From NCBI GenBank assembly GCA_951406725.2, contig OX597815.1, positions 145,328,001-145,392,000 of the forward strand: a stretch of 64,000 bases of DNA. Reading direction: 5' to 3'. This DNA comes from Octopus vulgaris (taxonomy: Eukaryota). How positions within the stretch are numbered: the stretch's first letter is position 1; every line of letters begins with the position of its first letter. The notes below the pieces were generated by a model that made no database searches, was not told the origin of the DNA, and was given only the letters and a program-made list of their open reading frames with translations. Positions 1 to 13,254 of this stretch are shown here, one piece after another. The position numbers and the translations under genes were made by a program.

Positions 1-87
1 CACCACACATTTTCATCTAATGCCAAATTTGCCACGCTATAAATGGCTAATTACAACAACAACAACAGTAGCAGCAAAATGAATAAT

Positions 88-305
88 AATAATCCTTTCC
101 TGTAAAGGCACCAGACCTGAAATTTGTAGGGAGGGGACTAGTCGATTACATCGACCCCAGTGTTTCGCTGGTACTTAATTTATCGACCCCGAAAGGAAAA
201 AAAGTAAAGTCGATCTCGGCGGAATTTGAACTAAGAACGTAGCGAAGGCGAAATACCGCAAAGCATTTCGTCCAGCGGGCTAACAACTCTGCCAGCACAC
301 TGCCT
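88..305 (-). mobile_element. tRNA-headed SINE with Nin/Deu-like central domain
   Basis: Minus strand has head CTGGCAGAGTTGTTAGC, B-box-like AGTTCAAATTCC, CCTTTCGGGGTCGATAAATTAAGTACCAG core and (TTA)n tail; further copies near 11121, 22125, 24230, 27290-30000, 51110, 51260 and 63840. Confidence 0.75.
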
Positions 306-356
306 TAGTAAAAATAATAATGTTGAAAGCTGATATATTTACTGTTATTCTAGTTA

Positions 357-728
357 TGTGGAGGCGCAGTAGCCCAATATTTAGGGCATCGGACTCGCGG
401 TTGTAGGATCGCGGTTTCGATTCCCAGACCGGGCGTTGTGAGTGTTTATTGAACGAAAACACCTAACGCTCCACGAGGCTCTGGCAGGGGGCGGTGGAGA
501 ACCCTACTGTATTCTTTCTCTCACTCTTTCTTCCTGTTTCTGTTGCACCTGTAATTCAAAGGAACGGCCTTGTCACACTCTGTGTCATGCTGAATCTCCC
601 CGAGAACTACATTAAGGGTACACGTGTCTGTGGAGTGCTCAGCCACTTGCACGTTAATTTCACGAGCAGGCTGTTCCGTTGATCACAATCAACTGGAACC
701 CTCGTCGTCGTGACCGACTGAGTGCCAC
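357..728 (+). mobile_element. tRNA-derived SINE (second family)
   Basis: tRNA-like head GGAGGCGCAGTAGCCC...GGTTTCGATTCCC; truncated copy at 9252-9435; related heads near 4030 and 44715. Confidence 0.7.
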
Positions 729-779
729 GACTGTATTTATAAATAAATAATTTGCAAGTATAGCTAATTACTAATTAGT

Positions 780-1700
780 GTTAATTAAATTTTTTATTTA
801 ACAGAATGTCACTAATTTTGTGTATAATGTGTATTTTATGTGTAAGCGCTTTCGTCATTCAAATACACATTTTCTAGGCCAATGCATATAGAGGAAGTTG
901 TTTCTAGTAATGGTAGTGACTATTTCAGATTTAGAATTCCTATAACATAAGATGTGAATCTCGCCCTTGTTAGGAGTCTCATGAGATTTGATGGTTGTCT
1001 TCGGCTGTTGATGATTTGCGATTTTTTAAGAATTATTTGTCGAAGATTTGATGATTAATGTGGAATTGTGAGGTATCGTTTAGCTGAATGTATGATGTTG
1101 TGATTCTTAGGATTACAAATGGAATATTTATATTTGTATATATATTTTTGCAGCCTCAGTGTGAGTACTTCTCTGTAAGGCAGAGATCGGTATTTCTTTT
1201 GCTTTTATTATGGCAGAACTTATTAGCATTTTGGAGTAACATATTTTGTTCTACCAGTCGTTTCTCTCGTTCGTTTGTGTTTGTAACTATTGAAAACATA
1301 CGCCTTGTCCTATTGAATGGTATGTTCCTTTTTATGTGAGAAGGGTGGCAAGATCTCAAATGTAAACAGTAGTGTGTATCTATGTATTTTCAGTAGAGAT
1401 CGGTCGTAACTGTCACATTTTATTTAATTATTAGAATTTCCAGTAAAGAGAGTTCCCTTCCATTCATTTCCATAGTGAACTCGACTGATTCATGAATGCT
1501 TCAAAATATGAAGCAGTTATCCAATAATCTTTTCCAGTTCCTCAGTAGTTAGGTTTGGAAATGATGATAAAAAAAATCTATACCATAGACATGGCATAAA
1601 GGTTTTTCTTTCAGATATCTCATTACTAGTGTCGTAAACGTTGGTGTGACTTTTGTCTCCATTGCGGCACCTGGTATTTGTATATATTTATTTGTATCAA
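780..1700 (-). mobile_element. Degenerate Penelope-like retroelement (RT C-terminal region)
   Basis: Minus-strand peptides SCHPSHIKRNIPFNRTRRM (1156-1359) and RRQPSNLMRLLTRARF (~955-1003) resemble PLE RT C-terminal motifs; frames are broken; boundaries approximate. Confidence 0.6.
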
Positions 1701-3012
1701 GTATAAACTTGTATTTGAATATATATATTTGTATCGAGTATAAACTCCTTTGAGAATCTCTCCTGAATTCCTTGAGAGTATTTCTCTGTTTGTCTGTCTG
1801 TCTCTCATATATATTTTATCTTTTGCTTGTTTCAGTCATTGGACTGCAGCTATTCTGAAACACCAATTTGAAGGGTTTAGTCGAACAAATCGACAGCCTT
1901 GTACTTATTCTATCGCTCTCTTTTATCGAACTGGTAAGTTGTTGAGACATAAACAAACCAAGCGATTGTGGGGAATCAAAAACAGACATAAGGATACACG
2001 CAAATAGAATACACACACACACGGCACTATTTGAATGTGTTTATGTGATTATAGAGAAGAAAGATGAATGGGCATTTTGTGGAATGTAGAAATAAAAACA
2101 CAGATAATGTATAATAGAAAGGCTGGATGGTTCAGCAGAACAAATAACTTTGTAGTAGCAGTAGACGGGACTGAGGATGTAACAGTTGATAATTCATTGT
2201 TGGTCTTGTTATTGTTGTTTAATCCCTAAGTCCGTTCTGATCCAACGGACCTATAGTCAAGGCTATTTCGGTTATTACCATCTCGTCTACGACTATATTG
2301 TTCAATGTGGTCTTCCAGTATTAAGGTGGTAGTATGTGTGGTTTCTATTTCGTTCAGTTCGTAGAGGCGCACTCATTGGTTCACCTTTTGCTGCTGCTGT
2401 TGTTGTTGTTGTTGTTTAATTTCGCATCAACCCTGATTAAGCAATCTTATGCTTTAAAATGCTCCACCCGTGACCATTCTGTTTATTTAAAGCTTAATGT
2501 ATTTAGGATTACTCTATCCTGGATACACACATCACTTTCCCGAATTGTGAGTTGATTACTATTTCTAGCAGAAGGGACGACCACATGGAAGCCTCCGTCG
2601 TTATTGTTATTATTGCTGTGTAGTCCCAGTTCAGTTATGTTTCAGCCGGTTTGAGGCACGCACTTGGTCGACCGAATAATTAGGCCATGATCCACGTTTC
2701 TCTTGCATCCAGACATAACTAGGAACACTATTTCTGGTTTTGTTTACGTCATTCGACCAGCATCCACATTATGACCATTCCTACTTTTCAGACATATATT
2801 CAGGACTATTTTATCGAATATATTTATACATTTTTAAGACAATGGGCTTCATTTAAACGAGTTTTCACTGTTAATCGCCGCAGATCAAATCACTTTATAC
2901 AATTTCCTTCATTGGTAATAATTAGTAAGAAGTTGTGTTGAGGCGCGTAATATACAAAATATCCATTTTTCGTTTAAGGATAATATGATCCGCACTTTGG
3001 GTAATTTTGCAG

Positions 3013-3550
3013 CGCTTACAAGCATTTGAGCCGGTTACATACATTTGAGCCGGTTACAAGCAGTTGAGCTGGTTACAAGCATTTAAGCCAGTTACAAGCA
3101 TTTGAGACGATTACAAGCACTTGAGCCAGTTACAAGCATTTGAGCCGGTTGCAAGCAATTGAGACGGTTACAAGCATTTGAGCCGGTTACAAGCATTTGA
3201 CCCGGTCACAAACATCTGCGACGGTTACAAGCATTTGAGACGGTTACTAGCATTTGAGACGGTTACATACATTTGAGCCGGTTAGAAACATTTCAGACGG
3301 TTACAAGCATTTGAGTCGGTTACGAGCATTTGAGCCAGTTAGAAGTATTTGAACCAGTTACAAGCACTTGAGCCGGTTACAAGCATTTGAGCCGGTTACA
3401 AGCATTTGAGCCAGTTAAAAGGATTTGAGCCGGTTACAAGCATTAGAGCCGGTTACAAGCATTTGAGCCAGCTACAAGCATTTGAGCCAGTTAGAAGCAT
3501 TTGCACCAGTTACAAGCATTTGAGCTGGTTACAAGCATTTGAGCCGGTTA
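3013..3550. repeat. 19-bp minisatellite (GGTTACAAGCATTTGAGCC)n
   Basis: Directly visible tandem array with point variants. Confidence 0.95.
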
Positions 3551-3930
3551 TGAAACTTAAGTGGCAGATAGTTTCATATATTCATGTCAGCTACGTATAA
3601 TTTATATAATTTATATCTACTGCTAAATTTACTGGCTATTTAAGCCATGTGTTCTTGGATAGTTAATGGGTTGGATGTGATACTGAAGAATGAGCAAGAA
3701 CTCCTGAAATATCCATATACACCAATTATATATATATATAATTATTCAATATGTGACCGCGTGTGTATCGTTGGCCATTTTTTTCTCCGTCTTTCCTTCC
3801 TTGGATCTTTCCTTTTCCTATGTTTCTGACGAAGAACTCCGCTCGAAACGTTATTTCCTCCTTTTTTCTTCCCTTTCCTGGGCGGTATACTTGTTCCACT
3901 TCCTCGCGTTGTTTGTTTTCAGGCTTGGAT

Positions 3931-3986
<56 letters not shown>

Positions 3987-4399
3987 TAGGTAGATACATA
4001 TGCATGTACATTCATATATGTATATATGAAGTTACGTAGCCTAGTGGTTAGAGCACTGCACTCAAGATCATTAGATCGTGGTTTCGATTCCAGGACAGGG
4101 CAGCGCATTGTGTTCTTGAGCAAAACACTTCATTTCATGTTGCTCCAGTCCACTCAGCTGTAAACGAGGAACCCTGTGACGGACTACCCTTCCGATCAGA
4201 GGTAGATATTGGCCTACTCGTGTAACCAGCGGCGGGTGGCATCATTCGAAAGCTAAAACGATGTGAAGCGTATTGTGTTGCTGAGGCGTAGAGTTCATGT
4301 TTGGAGGTTCAGTAGGAATACAAGTTCACATGTGGTCCCCGGTCACATGCATATACACTTAGGGATAACACAATCCGTACTCTGGGTGATTTTGCAGCG

Positions 4400-4778
4400 C
4401 TTAGAAGTATTTGAGCCAATTACATACATTTTAACCGGTTACTAGCATTTGAGACGGTTACAAGCTTTTGAACCGGTTACAAGCATTTCAGCCAGTTACA
4501 AGCATTTGAGCTGGTTACACGCATTTGAGCCGGTTACAAGCATTTGAGCCAGTTACAAGCTTTTGAACCGGTTACAAGCATTTGAGCCGGTTACAAGCAT
4601 TTGAACCGGTTACAAGCATTTGAGCCGGTTACAAGCATTTGAACCAGTTACAAGCATTTGAACCAGTTACAAGCATTTGAGCCGGTTACAATCATTTGAA
4701 TCGGTTACAAGCATTTGAGCTGGTTACAAGCATTTGAGACGGTTACAAGCTTTTGAGCCGGTTACAAGCATTTCAGCC
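4400..4778. repeat. Second 19-bp minisatellite array, same unit
   Basis: Same unit, preceded by a leader similar to that of the first array. Confidence 0.95.
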
Positions 4779-5680
4779 ATCCCTTCGGCTTCAGAACAAT
4801 TGCTACCCTTCCTCTCACTAACCTCGTATGTTCTCAAATATAGATAGAAGTCATGGGCGCTGCAAGTTCCACCGTTATTAAGCAAAAAAAAAAACACAAA
4901 TTAGACTAATTAGTTGTCTACTACCTCCAACCAGGCCGACTCCACTCAACAGCACACACAACTCTTGTTTACCGTCAAACCTAGTCCCAACTTTAGGCCA
5001 CACTGTACCCCTTCATGTTTAATACTTATGTGACGAGTGTGTTTGCTATAATGATGGTGAGTAGAACATTTAATGGAAGATTTTTGGTCTTTTACAAATA
5101 ATAACAGCAATAATTTCCTTCTAGGAAATATACTGTTTTGAATTTCTGACAAGCTTACTGGAAACTATTGTGCTATATTCATGATAACAGAGATTTCTGT
5201 CGACTATCTGCTATCTGCTATTCTCATTGACGAGAATGGGGACACAACGTGCAGCTGCCCCTACATTTTACAATTTACGCCGAAAGCGGCTTTTTTATAG
5301 GGTACAAGAAGAAAGTTCTAGAAAATTGAATCATGCGATTAGTTGCTTAAAAGACCGATCACGGGAAACTACTGTTGTTTGATCGGGAAGCATGATCGTC
5401 TACCTAGCGGTTTGGTTTTGAATCACCGCTACACTTCTGTGACAGAGTATCACTCAGCAGGAATTCCCTCCATGCCCAAGTTTTATCCTACAGACTTGGA
5501 TTTATAGAAGTTGGAGCTGAACAAAGGAACCCGTGGAGGTCACAGGCACTGGCTTTTCAGTAAAACCATAAATACATACACCGTTACAGATCTTACACAG
5601 ACATAAAACATTATAGATGTTACGTAAACCAATGTGATGTACATTGACCATTGTAGATCTGTGTACATCATTGTTTTATT

Positions 5681-5938
5681 CTTTTATTCTTTTACTTGTT
5701 TCAGCCATTTGACCGTGGCTATGCTGGAGCACCACGTTTAGCAGAACAAATTAACCCCAAGACTTATTCTTTGTAAGCCTAGTACTTATTCTATCAGTTA
5801 TTTTTGCCGAACCGCTAAGTTACAGGGACGTAAACACATAAACACTAGCAGTCAAGCGATGGTAGGGGTAAACACACAAACACGCGGGTGCGCGCGCACG
5901 CACACACACACACACACACACAAACATGCACGCACACA

Positions 5939-5999
<61 letters not shown>

Positions 6000-6160
6000 C
6001 GGGCTTCTTTCAGCTTCCATCTACGAAATCCACTAACAAGGCTTTGGTCGGTTTGAGGCTATAATAGAAGGCACGTGCCCAATATGCCACGCAGTGGGAC
6101 TGAACCCGGAACCTTGCGGTTGGGAAGCAAGCTTCTTGCCACACATCCACTCCTGCGACT
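5681..6160 (-). mobile_element. Abundant tRNA-derived CORE-type SINE with internal (TG)n
   Basis: tRNA-like head, CORE-like CACCTTGGGCAAGTGTCTT (in better copies) and (GTAAAAGA)n-like tail; many copies, e.g. 15783-16200(+), 32828-33210(+), 47213-47590(-), 56283-56682(-). Confidence 0.8.
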
Positions 6161-6192
6161 ATAAATTATATGCTAACTGTTACAGCTCTTAC

Positions 6193-6340
6193 CTGTGGAA
6201 ATTTTCTGATCCATCGAAACGTCTTTGTATGACAGTCCAGCCGTCAACACAAAGCAAATGAACTTTGTATGGTGATCCAACAGGATGAATTAAATAGACT
6301 CCAGGTTTCTTGTGGTCCTTTTTAAAAGCATCTGAGCAAT
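6193..6340 (-). CDS. First exon of a fibrinogen-related domain (FReD; angiopoietin/ficolin/FIBCD-like); later exons probably lie left of the window
   Basis: (D)CSDAFKKDHKKPGVYLIHPVGSPYKVHLLCVDGWTVIQRRFDGSENFHR with DC, GVY and GWTVIQRRxDGSxxF motifs; acceptor tttcatttcAG (phase 1), donor CAG|GTAAGA (phase 2); 148 nt. Confidence 0.93.
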
Positions 6341-6780
6341 CTGAAATGAAAATAGAGAATTCGTTAAACATCAGAGTTGAAAGCGACTGGGTTAATTGGC
6401 GAAGAATAAACATGCAAAACGGGAAAATAAGGGTTTAGTATGGTTAAAATTAATTGGGAGAAGGGCTTGTGTGTTCTTTCGTAAGACAGTGAATCAGAAA
6501 AGAAAAAAGTTATGTCGCTATTTTGGTTATTATTGAAAAAGTCACTTGGAATGATTAATTTGAGATGAATGGATGGATGCAGACGACTGTGACGTGTAAG
6601 AAGAGACAATAACCGGTTGATACCTTTGAACAGAGAGTACAACAACATCGGGGCTCTTTTGATATTAATAGACAAATAAAGTAAATATGTTTTGAGTGCA
6701 TTTTATATAAAGTACTTCGGACTTGTTAAATGTGACAAAAGTAATCGCTTGATAGGATATTCTGTGATTTTAATGGATGA

Positions 6781-6875
<95 letters not shown>

Positions 6876-7054
6876 TGTATGTATGTATGTATGTATGTGT
6901 GTATGCATGTATGTATGTAATTATTCAGTTTTATTTCAAGAATTCTTGCCAATAGAGGAGCCGATTTGTAACCTAGATCCAAGGCTCCTTCAATGGAATT
7001 TCAACATTAATAACAGAGTATTTTTGTATGTATGTATGTATGTATGTATGTATG

Positions 7055-7088
<34 letters not shown>

Positions 7089-7180
7089 TGTATGTATGTA
7101 TGTATGTATGAATATATGTATGCATACATGTATGTATGTGTGTATGTGCGTGTGTGTACACAAGCTGACGCACATTTGTT

Positions 7181-7221
<41 letters not shown>

Positions 7222-7659
7222 CCACATACAGATATCTTGTCTAGCGTGGGATCTGCCCTTGAGTAGGTCCTCTGTATATGAACCTTCTCCAGCAATCTCT
7301 ATACAACCTGAGAAGGCTCATTCATCCACATACATACATCATACATATATACATGCACGTATGCGTACACTACACACACACACACGCACAAATACAAACA
7401 CATGCACACACCGACTTAAGACATCATCATCATCATCATCATCATCATCACAACTTATTGCTGCTCTTTGTCCCTTCTTTTAACCTTTATCTGACAAGTA
7501 ACGTATGCATTAAATTCATTAAATATCAAATTTGATATTTGGGTATTGAGGTATCGTAACTATTTTAAGGCATAAATTTTACAATTAAATAAAACTTAGA
7601 TAAAACTTAGATATGTTTCGACCAAAGATTGGTCCAGGCCATGTCTAAGTTAATAGCAC

Positions 7660-8150
7660 CACCTGATAGGATTATCTAAATCCTTTTAAAGTCAAGTTTT
7701 GTGGTATCATGGTCCATTCGAATAGGGAGTTCTTGTGGTGTGAGTTGTATCCAGGTAAGGGTGTCTTATCTGGTATTCCTTGAAGAAATTTGTCCAAAAT
7801 ACGTTTAAAGGTGATGGGATCCTTTTCCTCTTTGATCTGTTTTGGGACAATGTTAAACAGGGCAGGGCCTGTTGAGGAAAAGAAATTGTGTCGCAGTCTA
7901 CATATATGTTGTGATCCTGAATTAGGCAGGGGACGTATGGCCCGTGGTCCCAGCCTTGAGTGAACCTCGAAGCTAATGTTCAGATCGTTTAGGCAATGCT
8001 GGCGGTATATTCTCCACATCATGCAATTGATGTACCGCTCGCGGCGGCGCTGGAGAGAGTAGAGTTTCAAGGCTTTAAGGCGGTCCCAGTAATCGAAATC
8101 AGTTAGGCCCTTAATTCGTTTAGTGAATGTCTTCTGGAGTGATTCAATTT
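7660..8150 (-). mobile_element. 5'-truncated CR1/L2-group LINE (ORF2 C-terminus)
   Basis: IESLQKTFTKRIKGL..DYWDRLKALKLYSLQRRRERY...FKRILDKFLQGIPD resembles a CR1-type RT tail. Confidence 0.75.
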
Positions 8151-8399
8151 TTAATTTTATTACACCCCTACGCAAAAGAAAATTGAAAACAGAAAAGAAA
8201 AAACGATTCTGACCTCAGAAATTTGATATTTAAGTCGCCAAATAACATAAAACGGGAGAGACAAGCAAATCAACGTAACCATCTCTCATTGATAGACTAA
8301 ATTATAGTAAAGGGAGATAACTATGTAATTTTCTTTTGTATTACAAAAGTTATCTCACCTGGAAACAACAACAACAACAACTGAAATTGCTTAGTCAAG

Positions 8400-8620
8400 A
8401 TATGACCACATGTAGAGGTCAAATAACAAGATTGTATTCACATGTAGAGATCAAATGGCTGGAATGTAACCACATGTAGATGTCAAATAACAAGAATGTA
8501 TTCACATTTAGAGATCAAATAGCTGGAATGTAACCAGATGTAGAGGCCAAATAACAAGATTGTATTTACATGTAGAGATTAAGTGACTGGAACGCCACAT
8601 ATAGAGGTCATAGTGTAACC
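8400..8620. repeat. Degenerate ~62-bp tandem repeat
   Basis: CCACATGTAGAGGTCAAATAACAAGATTGTATTCACATGTAGAGATCAAAT... repeated about three times. Confidence 0.75.
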
Positions 8621-8760
8621 ATATGTTATGGTCAAATAGCCCAAATATTGGTTCAGCAAATGGGGGAGACATTTTGTGGTCTCTTGACCTGGTAGAAATA
8701 GCAGTCAAAATACCTTTCCTGTTACATGTTACCATATACAAAGAAGGAAATATTAAACAA

Positions 8761-9025
8761 TATTCTGTTGTATCTGCGGAGAGTCATTCTCTTTTGGTGC
8801 CTTATTATTTAACACACTCACCGGTAAAATTTCCACTCATTTACTTATTTATTTTTCTAAAATTTTCGTTGCGTCTTGCAACCTTTACAATAGTCGTTGA
8901 AAAGGTTGCAAGACTCAACGAAAATTTTAGAAAAATAAAGGATGAAATGAGTGAAAATTTTACCGGTGTGTGTGTTAAATTATAAGGCACTAAAAGAGAA
9001 TTATCTCCCCAGACACAACAGAATA
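8761..9025. repeat. Long near-perfect palindrome (arms ~125-130 bp)
   Basis: TATTCTGTTGT...TCTTGCAACCTTT and AAAGGTTGCAAGA...ACAACAGAATA are reverse complements; a single-arm copy is at ~25670-25803. Confidence 0.85.
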
Positions 9026-9088
9026 TGCTTCAACACACGAACTCACATAAAGAATCTTGCAAACCAAATCCAAGCAATATAATCCTTG

Positions 9089-9155
<67 letters not shown>

Positions 9156-11120
9156 TAATAAAGGCCATTGATGGCTGGAACATCTTTCTTTGATCATCGG
9201 ATGATAAATCAGGGTTGACTTAACAGTAGCAATAACTACAACAGCAGCAGCTGTGGAGGCGCAATGTCCCAGTGGTTAGGACAGTGGACTCGCGGTCGTA
9301 AGACCGTGGTTTCGATCCCAGACCGGGCATTGTGAGTGTTTATTGAGCAAAAACACCTAAGCTCCACGAGGCTTCGGCGTGGGGTGGGGTGAACCCCGCT
9401 GTACTTTTTCACCACAACTTTCTCTCACTCTTCTTTTCTTTATGAAGGTATCTTTTATCTTTTAATTGCTTCAGTCAATTGAATTTTTAGTCGAATGAAT
9501 CGACCTCAGCACTTTTTTTAAAGCCTGGTTCTTTCGGTCTCTTTTGCCAAACTGCTAAGTTATAGGGACCTAAACACATTAATACCGCTTGTCAGCTGGG
9601 GAGGGGGGAATACAGACACAAAGACACACACTCACACACTTTTAAGTATATATGTTGATATACAACAGGCTTCTTTTAGTTTCCGTCTACGAAATCCACT
9701 TACAAGGCTTTGGTTGGTTCGAGGCTATAACAAGACACCCAAAGTGTCATGCAGTGGGACTGAACCGGGAACCATGTGGTTGGGAAGCAAACTTCATACC
9801 ACACAGCCACGCCTGTATATTAAAGGTGTGTTAATAAACACTTCTTTGCAGGTGTATAATCAGGGTGTGTTAATACACTTCTTAGATATGTTAATATACA
9901 TTGGGAGTGTATATTGAAGGTGTGTTAATCACTTCATGGTAACAGGTGTATATTCCAGGTGCGTGATACGCATCAACTTCACAGGTATATATAAAGGCTG
10001 CGTTAATATACACTTCATCTTAACGAGTGTATATTAATTCTGTGCTACTGACCTCAGTGAAGTCTGAACTCACATCACAGAAAGTAGGAACAAATACCGC
10101 CAGGTATATTCAATTCTACCCTCCAACGACTCTGTCGATAATACATCTGTAATATAGAAGTGTCTCGAACACACGCTTCCTCCTATCTACCTGTAATTAG
10201 GGAATCACTACGTGGTTGCTCTATCTGATGGGAAATAGCGGCTAAATTTCACTCAAATCACACTGAAACCTCAATGTCGTTGAAAAATAAGATGTGATAG
10301 TCACGACTGGAAAGCGTTGGATAATAGGTCTGTAGAATCATTGGCTAATCATAGGTTGTTGTTTAGCCCATGGCTAAAGGGCTAACCAACAGCAACAATA
10401 ACGACGTGACTTCATCATATAAAAAGACCTTTACCTAGTTGTTTGTTCTGCTAGAAATAGAAACCAAATCTACCTTCAAGCAAATGTTATAAATTAAGAT
10501 ACACTGTTGTCTTTTTAGATACAGACTGGATAGTCATGGCTAGAGCATCGTTTGCCAGAAGTTTAGTCAATCTAGATTGGTGGAGTCGAACAACAACAAC
10601 AACATAATAGCGTTAACAAGAATAACAATGATAACGTTAATAGCAGCAGCAGCAGCGATGTCGATATGTGACTATTTTTCTATGAAAATGATCTAATATA
10701 GCAATAAGTGAACAATAGCGTCGTTAGTAAGAGGCTTTCAACGGAGCACGCTACTGGCTCAAACCAAAAACTTAGCCGTTTAGCATTTAAGCCAGCCATA
10801 TCTGGTCAAAGTATTAAACCTGTTTTATGTTCAAACTGACCAGATTTGCCTCATCACACCTACCCTACAATGCCATTCTAAAAATAAACAATTACGTCGT
10901 CAAGATCTCAAAGCTAATGGATAATACATGAGTAATCCGAAACAATATGAATTAATAAGCATTATATTTGACAGAATAATCTGGATGCGAAAGGATCGAC
11001 CTCAATTAAGATTTCAACCTGAGTGGACAATGGTCAGCTGTACGAAGAGGGGGGGACACGAACCCTTGTTTTCGAGGAAAGGGACAATATTCAAGCAGCT
11101 CTAACGTTTGAGTTCATTAA

Positions 11121-11520
11121 GGCGCTGAGCTGGCAGAAACATTAGCACGCTGGGCGAAATGCTTAACGGTATTTCGTCTGTCGTTACGTTCTGAGTTCAA
11201 ATTCCGCCGAGGTCGACTTTGCCTTTCATCCTTTCAGGGTCGATAAATTAAGTACCAGTTATGCACTGGGGGCGATATAATCGACTTAATCCGTTTGTCT
11301 GTCCTTGTTTGTCCTCTCTGTGTTTATCCCCTTGTGGGTAGTAAAGAAATAAGTATTTCGTCTATCTTTACGTTCTGAGTTCGAATTCCACCGAGGCCGA
11401 CTTTTCCTTTCATCCTTTCGGGGTCAATAAATTAAGTACCAGTTGGTTACTGGGTTCGATCTAATCGACTGGACCCCTCTCCCCAAACTTTAGGCCTTAT
11501 GCCTAGAGTAGAAAAGAATT
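11121..11520 (+). mobile_element. Dimeric Nin-domain SINE with an internal Tx1-like tail
   Basis: Head + Nin core + CCGTTTGTCTGTCC...GTGGGTAGTAAAGAAATAA, then restarts at GTATTTCGTCT with a second Nin core and the normal tail. Confidence 0.8.
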
Positions 11521-12170
11521 TTTGAGTCCATTTATTTATATTTTGTCCTTTGCTTGTTTCAGTCACTGGACTGCGGCCATGCTGGGGCTCCACTTCTGAG
11601 AGCTTAGCCCAATAGATCGAGCCTAGTACGTATTTCTTCTTAAAGCCTGGTACTTGCACTATCGGTTTCTTTATGCCGAACAGCTACGTGAAGAAGACGT
11701 AAACAAACCAACACTGGTTGTCAAGCGGTAGTGGTGGTGAGAGAAAGAAGAAAACAAAGAAGACGACGACACTACCAGCATCATACCATTTTGTATGGAG
11801 AAATTATTAGATGCAATGGATGACCATAAGTCCAACCCAAATAGAATTGAGAAGTTAGCGACACTAGATATTACTTATCTCCTCATGGTGGTTCACTGAT
11901 TCTAAAAAAGTAAAATGAAAGTGCAAGGAGAGGATATGATTTGCTTGGGGGCGGAGACCAGTATAAATAGTACAATGGAGCAACTAGAAACTTGTAAACA
12001 ACAACCTGTGTCTGAAATTGGCAAGGCTATGTGCGTAATTGGAACAACATTAAATTAACATAACCATCTGTAGACCATACTGGATGTATAAATAAACTCC
12101 TTAGAACGTCATGACGCTGTGCTTCTTATCTGAGATAAAATCTCTTCATAGAATTTGTAATAAACTCACA

Positions 12171-12201
<31 letters not shown>

Positions 12202-12596
12202 TGTATGTATGTATGTATGTATGTATGTATGTATGTATGTATGTATGTATGTATGCATGCATTTAGTGGGACTCACGAAGAACAAAACCTGTCAAAGGGC
12301 AGATGAATTCACAAGAGTCAACGGCCATCCAACAGCTACGAGTGAGAGACCCATCTCTCGAGAAGGAAAAAAAATTCCGAAATAACATCCGTTTCGTTGC
12401 GAAATCGGAGATCTTTCTCTTCTTTCTGAGCGACTTGGCTCTGTAGGTGGTGGTGGTGGTGGGAGTCTTAGTGGCGTTGTGTAAGCTGTTATTGACTTCA
12501 CATTTTAACACGAGCATTATTGACAGCTGTTATCCTTAATATCTAAGATAAGACGATTTGTCTTATCCTAGATATGTCTTACCTTACGCGCTGACA

Positions 12597-12718
<122 letters not shown>

Positions 12719-13254
12719 GGCGTATGTGTGTACATACGTACATACTGGCATTCATACAAACATGCATACATAGCCGTCACTTGCAAGCGAGCGAGATTTG
12801 ATTATATGTATCGTGCTATCGTTAATTATTTCGTGTGCCTATACAATCATTAACAGACAAAGATACCCATCCCATTTCCATCTCGAACATCCAGACTATG
12901 GCAGCTGAAGAACGAGAGAGAGACAGAGAAAGAGAAAGAGAGAAAGAGACACAGACAGACAGACAGAGCTTCTTCAGTGCTCGGCTGGCAGCTGTTTCAG
13001 CTGAGTAGACTTACGCAACAGTATAATGAAGAGTCTTGCTAAGGACACAATGCATCAGCCAGTCCGTCACAGATTGTTATCTTGAAGAGAGCGAATTATT
13101 AATTAGTTACAAAGGGGGATAACTTTGTTTGTCGGTTGACAGCCTTTAGATTTTACTGAAAATGTGGAAGTTAAAACTTCGAAATTCTCGTCGGAGTCAA
13201 ATATTCAAACAAAAATGAGCTGAGAAAAATAACTGAAAATGGCCAGTGGAATGT

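Noticed and set aside
357-432. tRNA gene
   Set aside because: It is a SINE head that continues into the SINE body; no clean cloverleaf
3013-4778. CRISPR-like array
   Set aside because: Units are contiguous with no unique spacers, the context is eukaryotic and no cas genes are seen; it is a minisatellite
12263-12517. Short ORFs with poly-Pro or poly-Thr as a fourth variable exon
   Set aside because: No signal peptide and no convincing phase-1 donor; explained by a (GGT)n microsatellite
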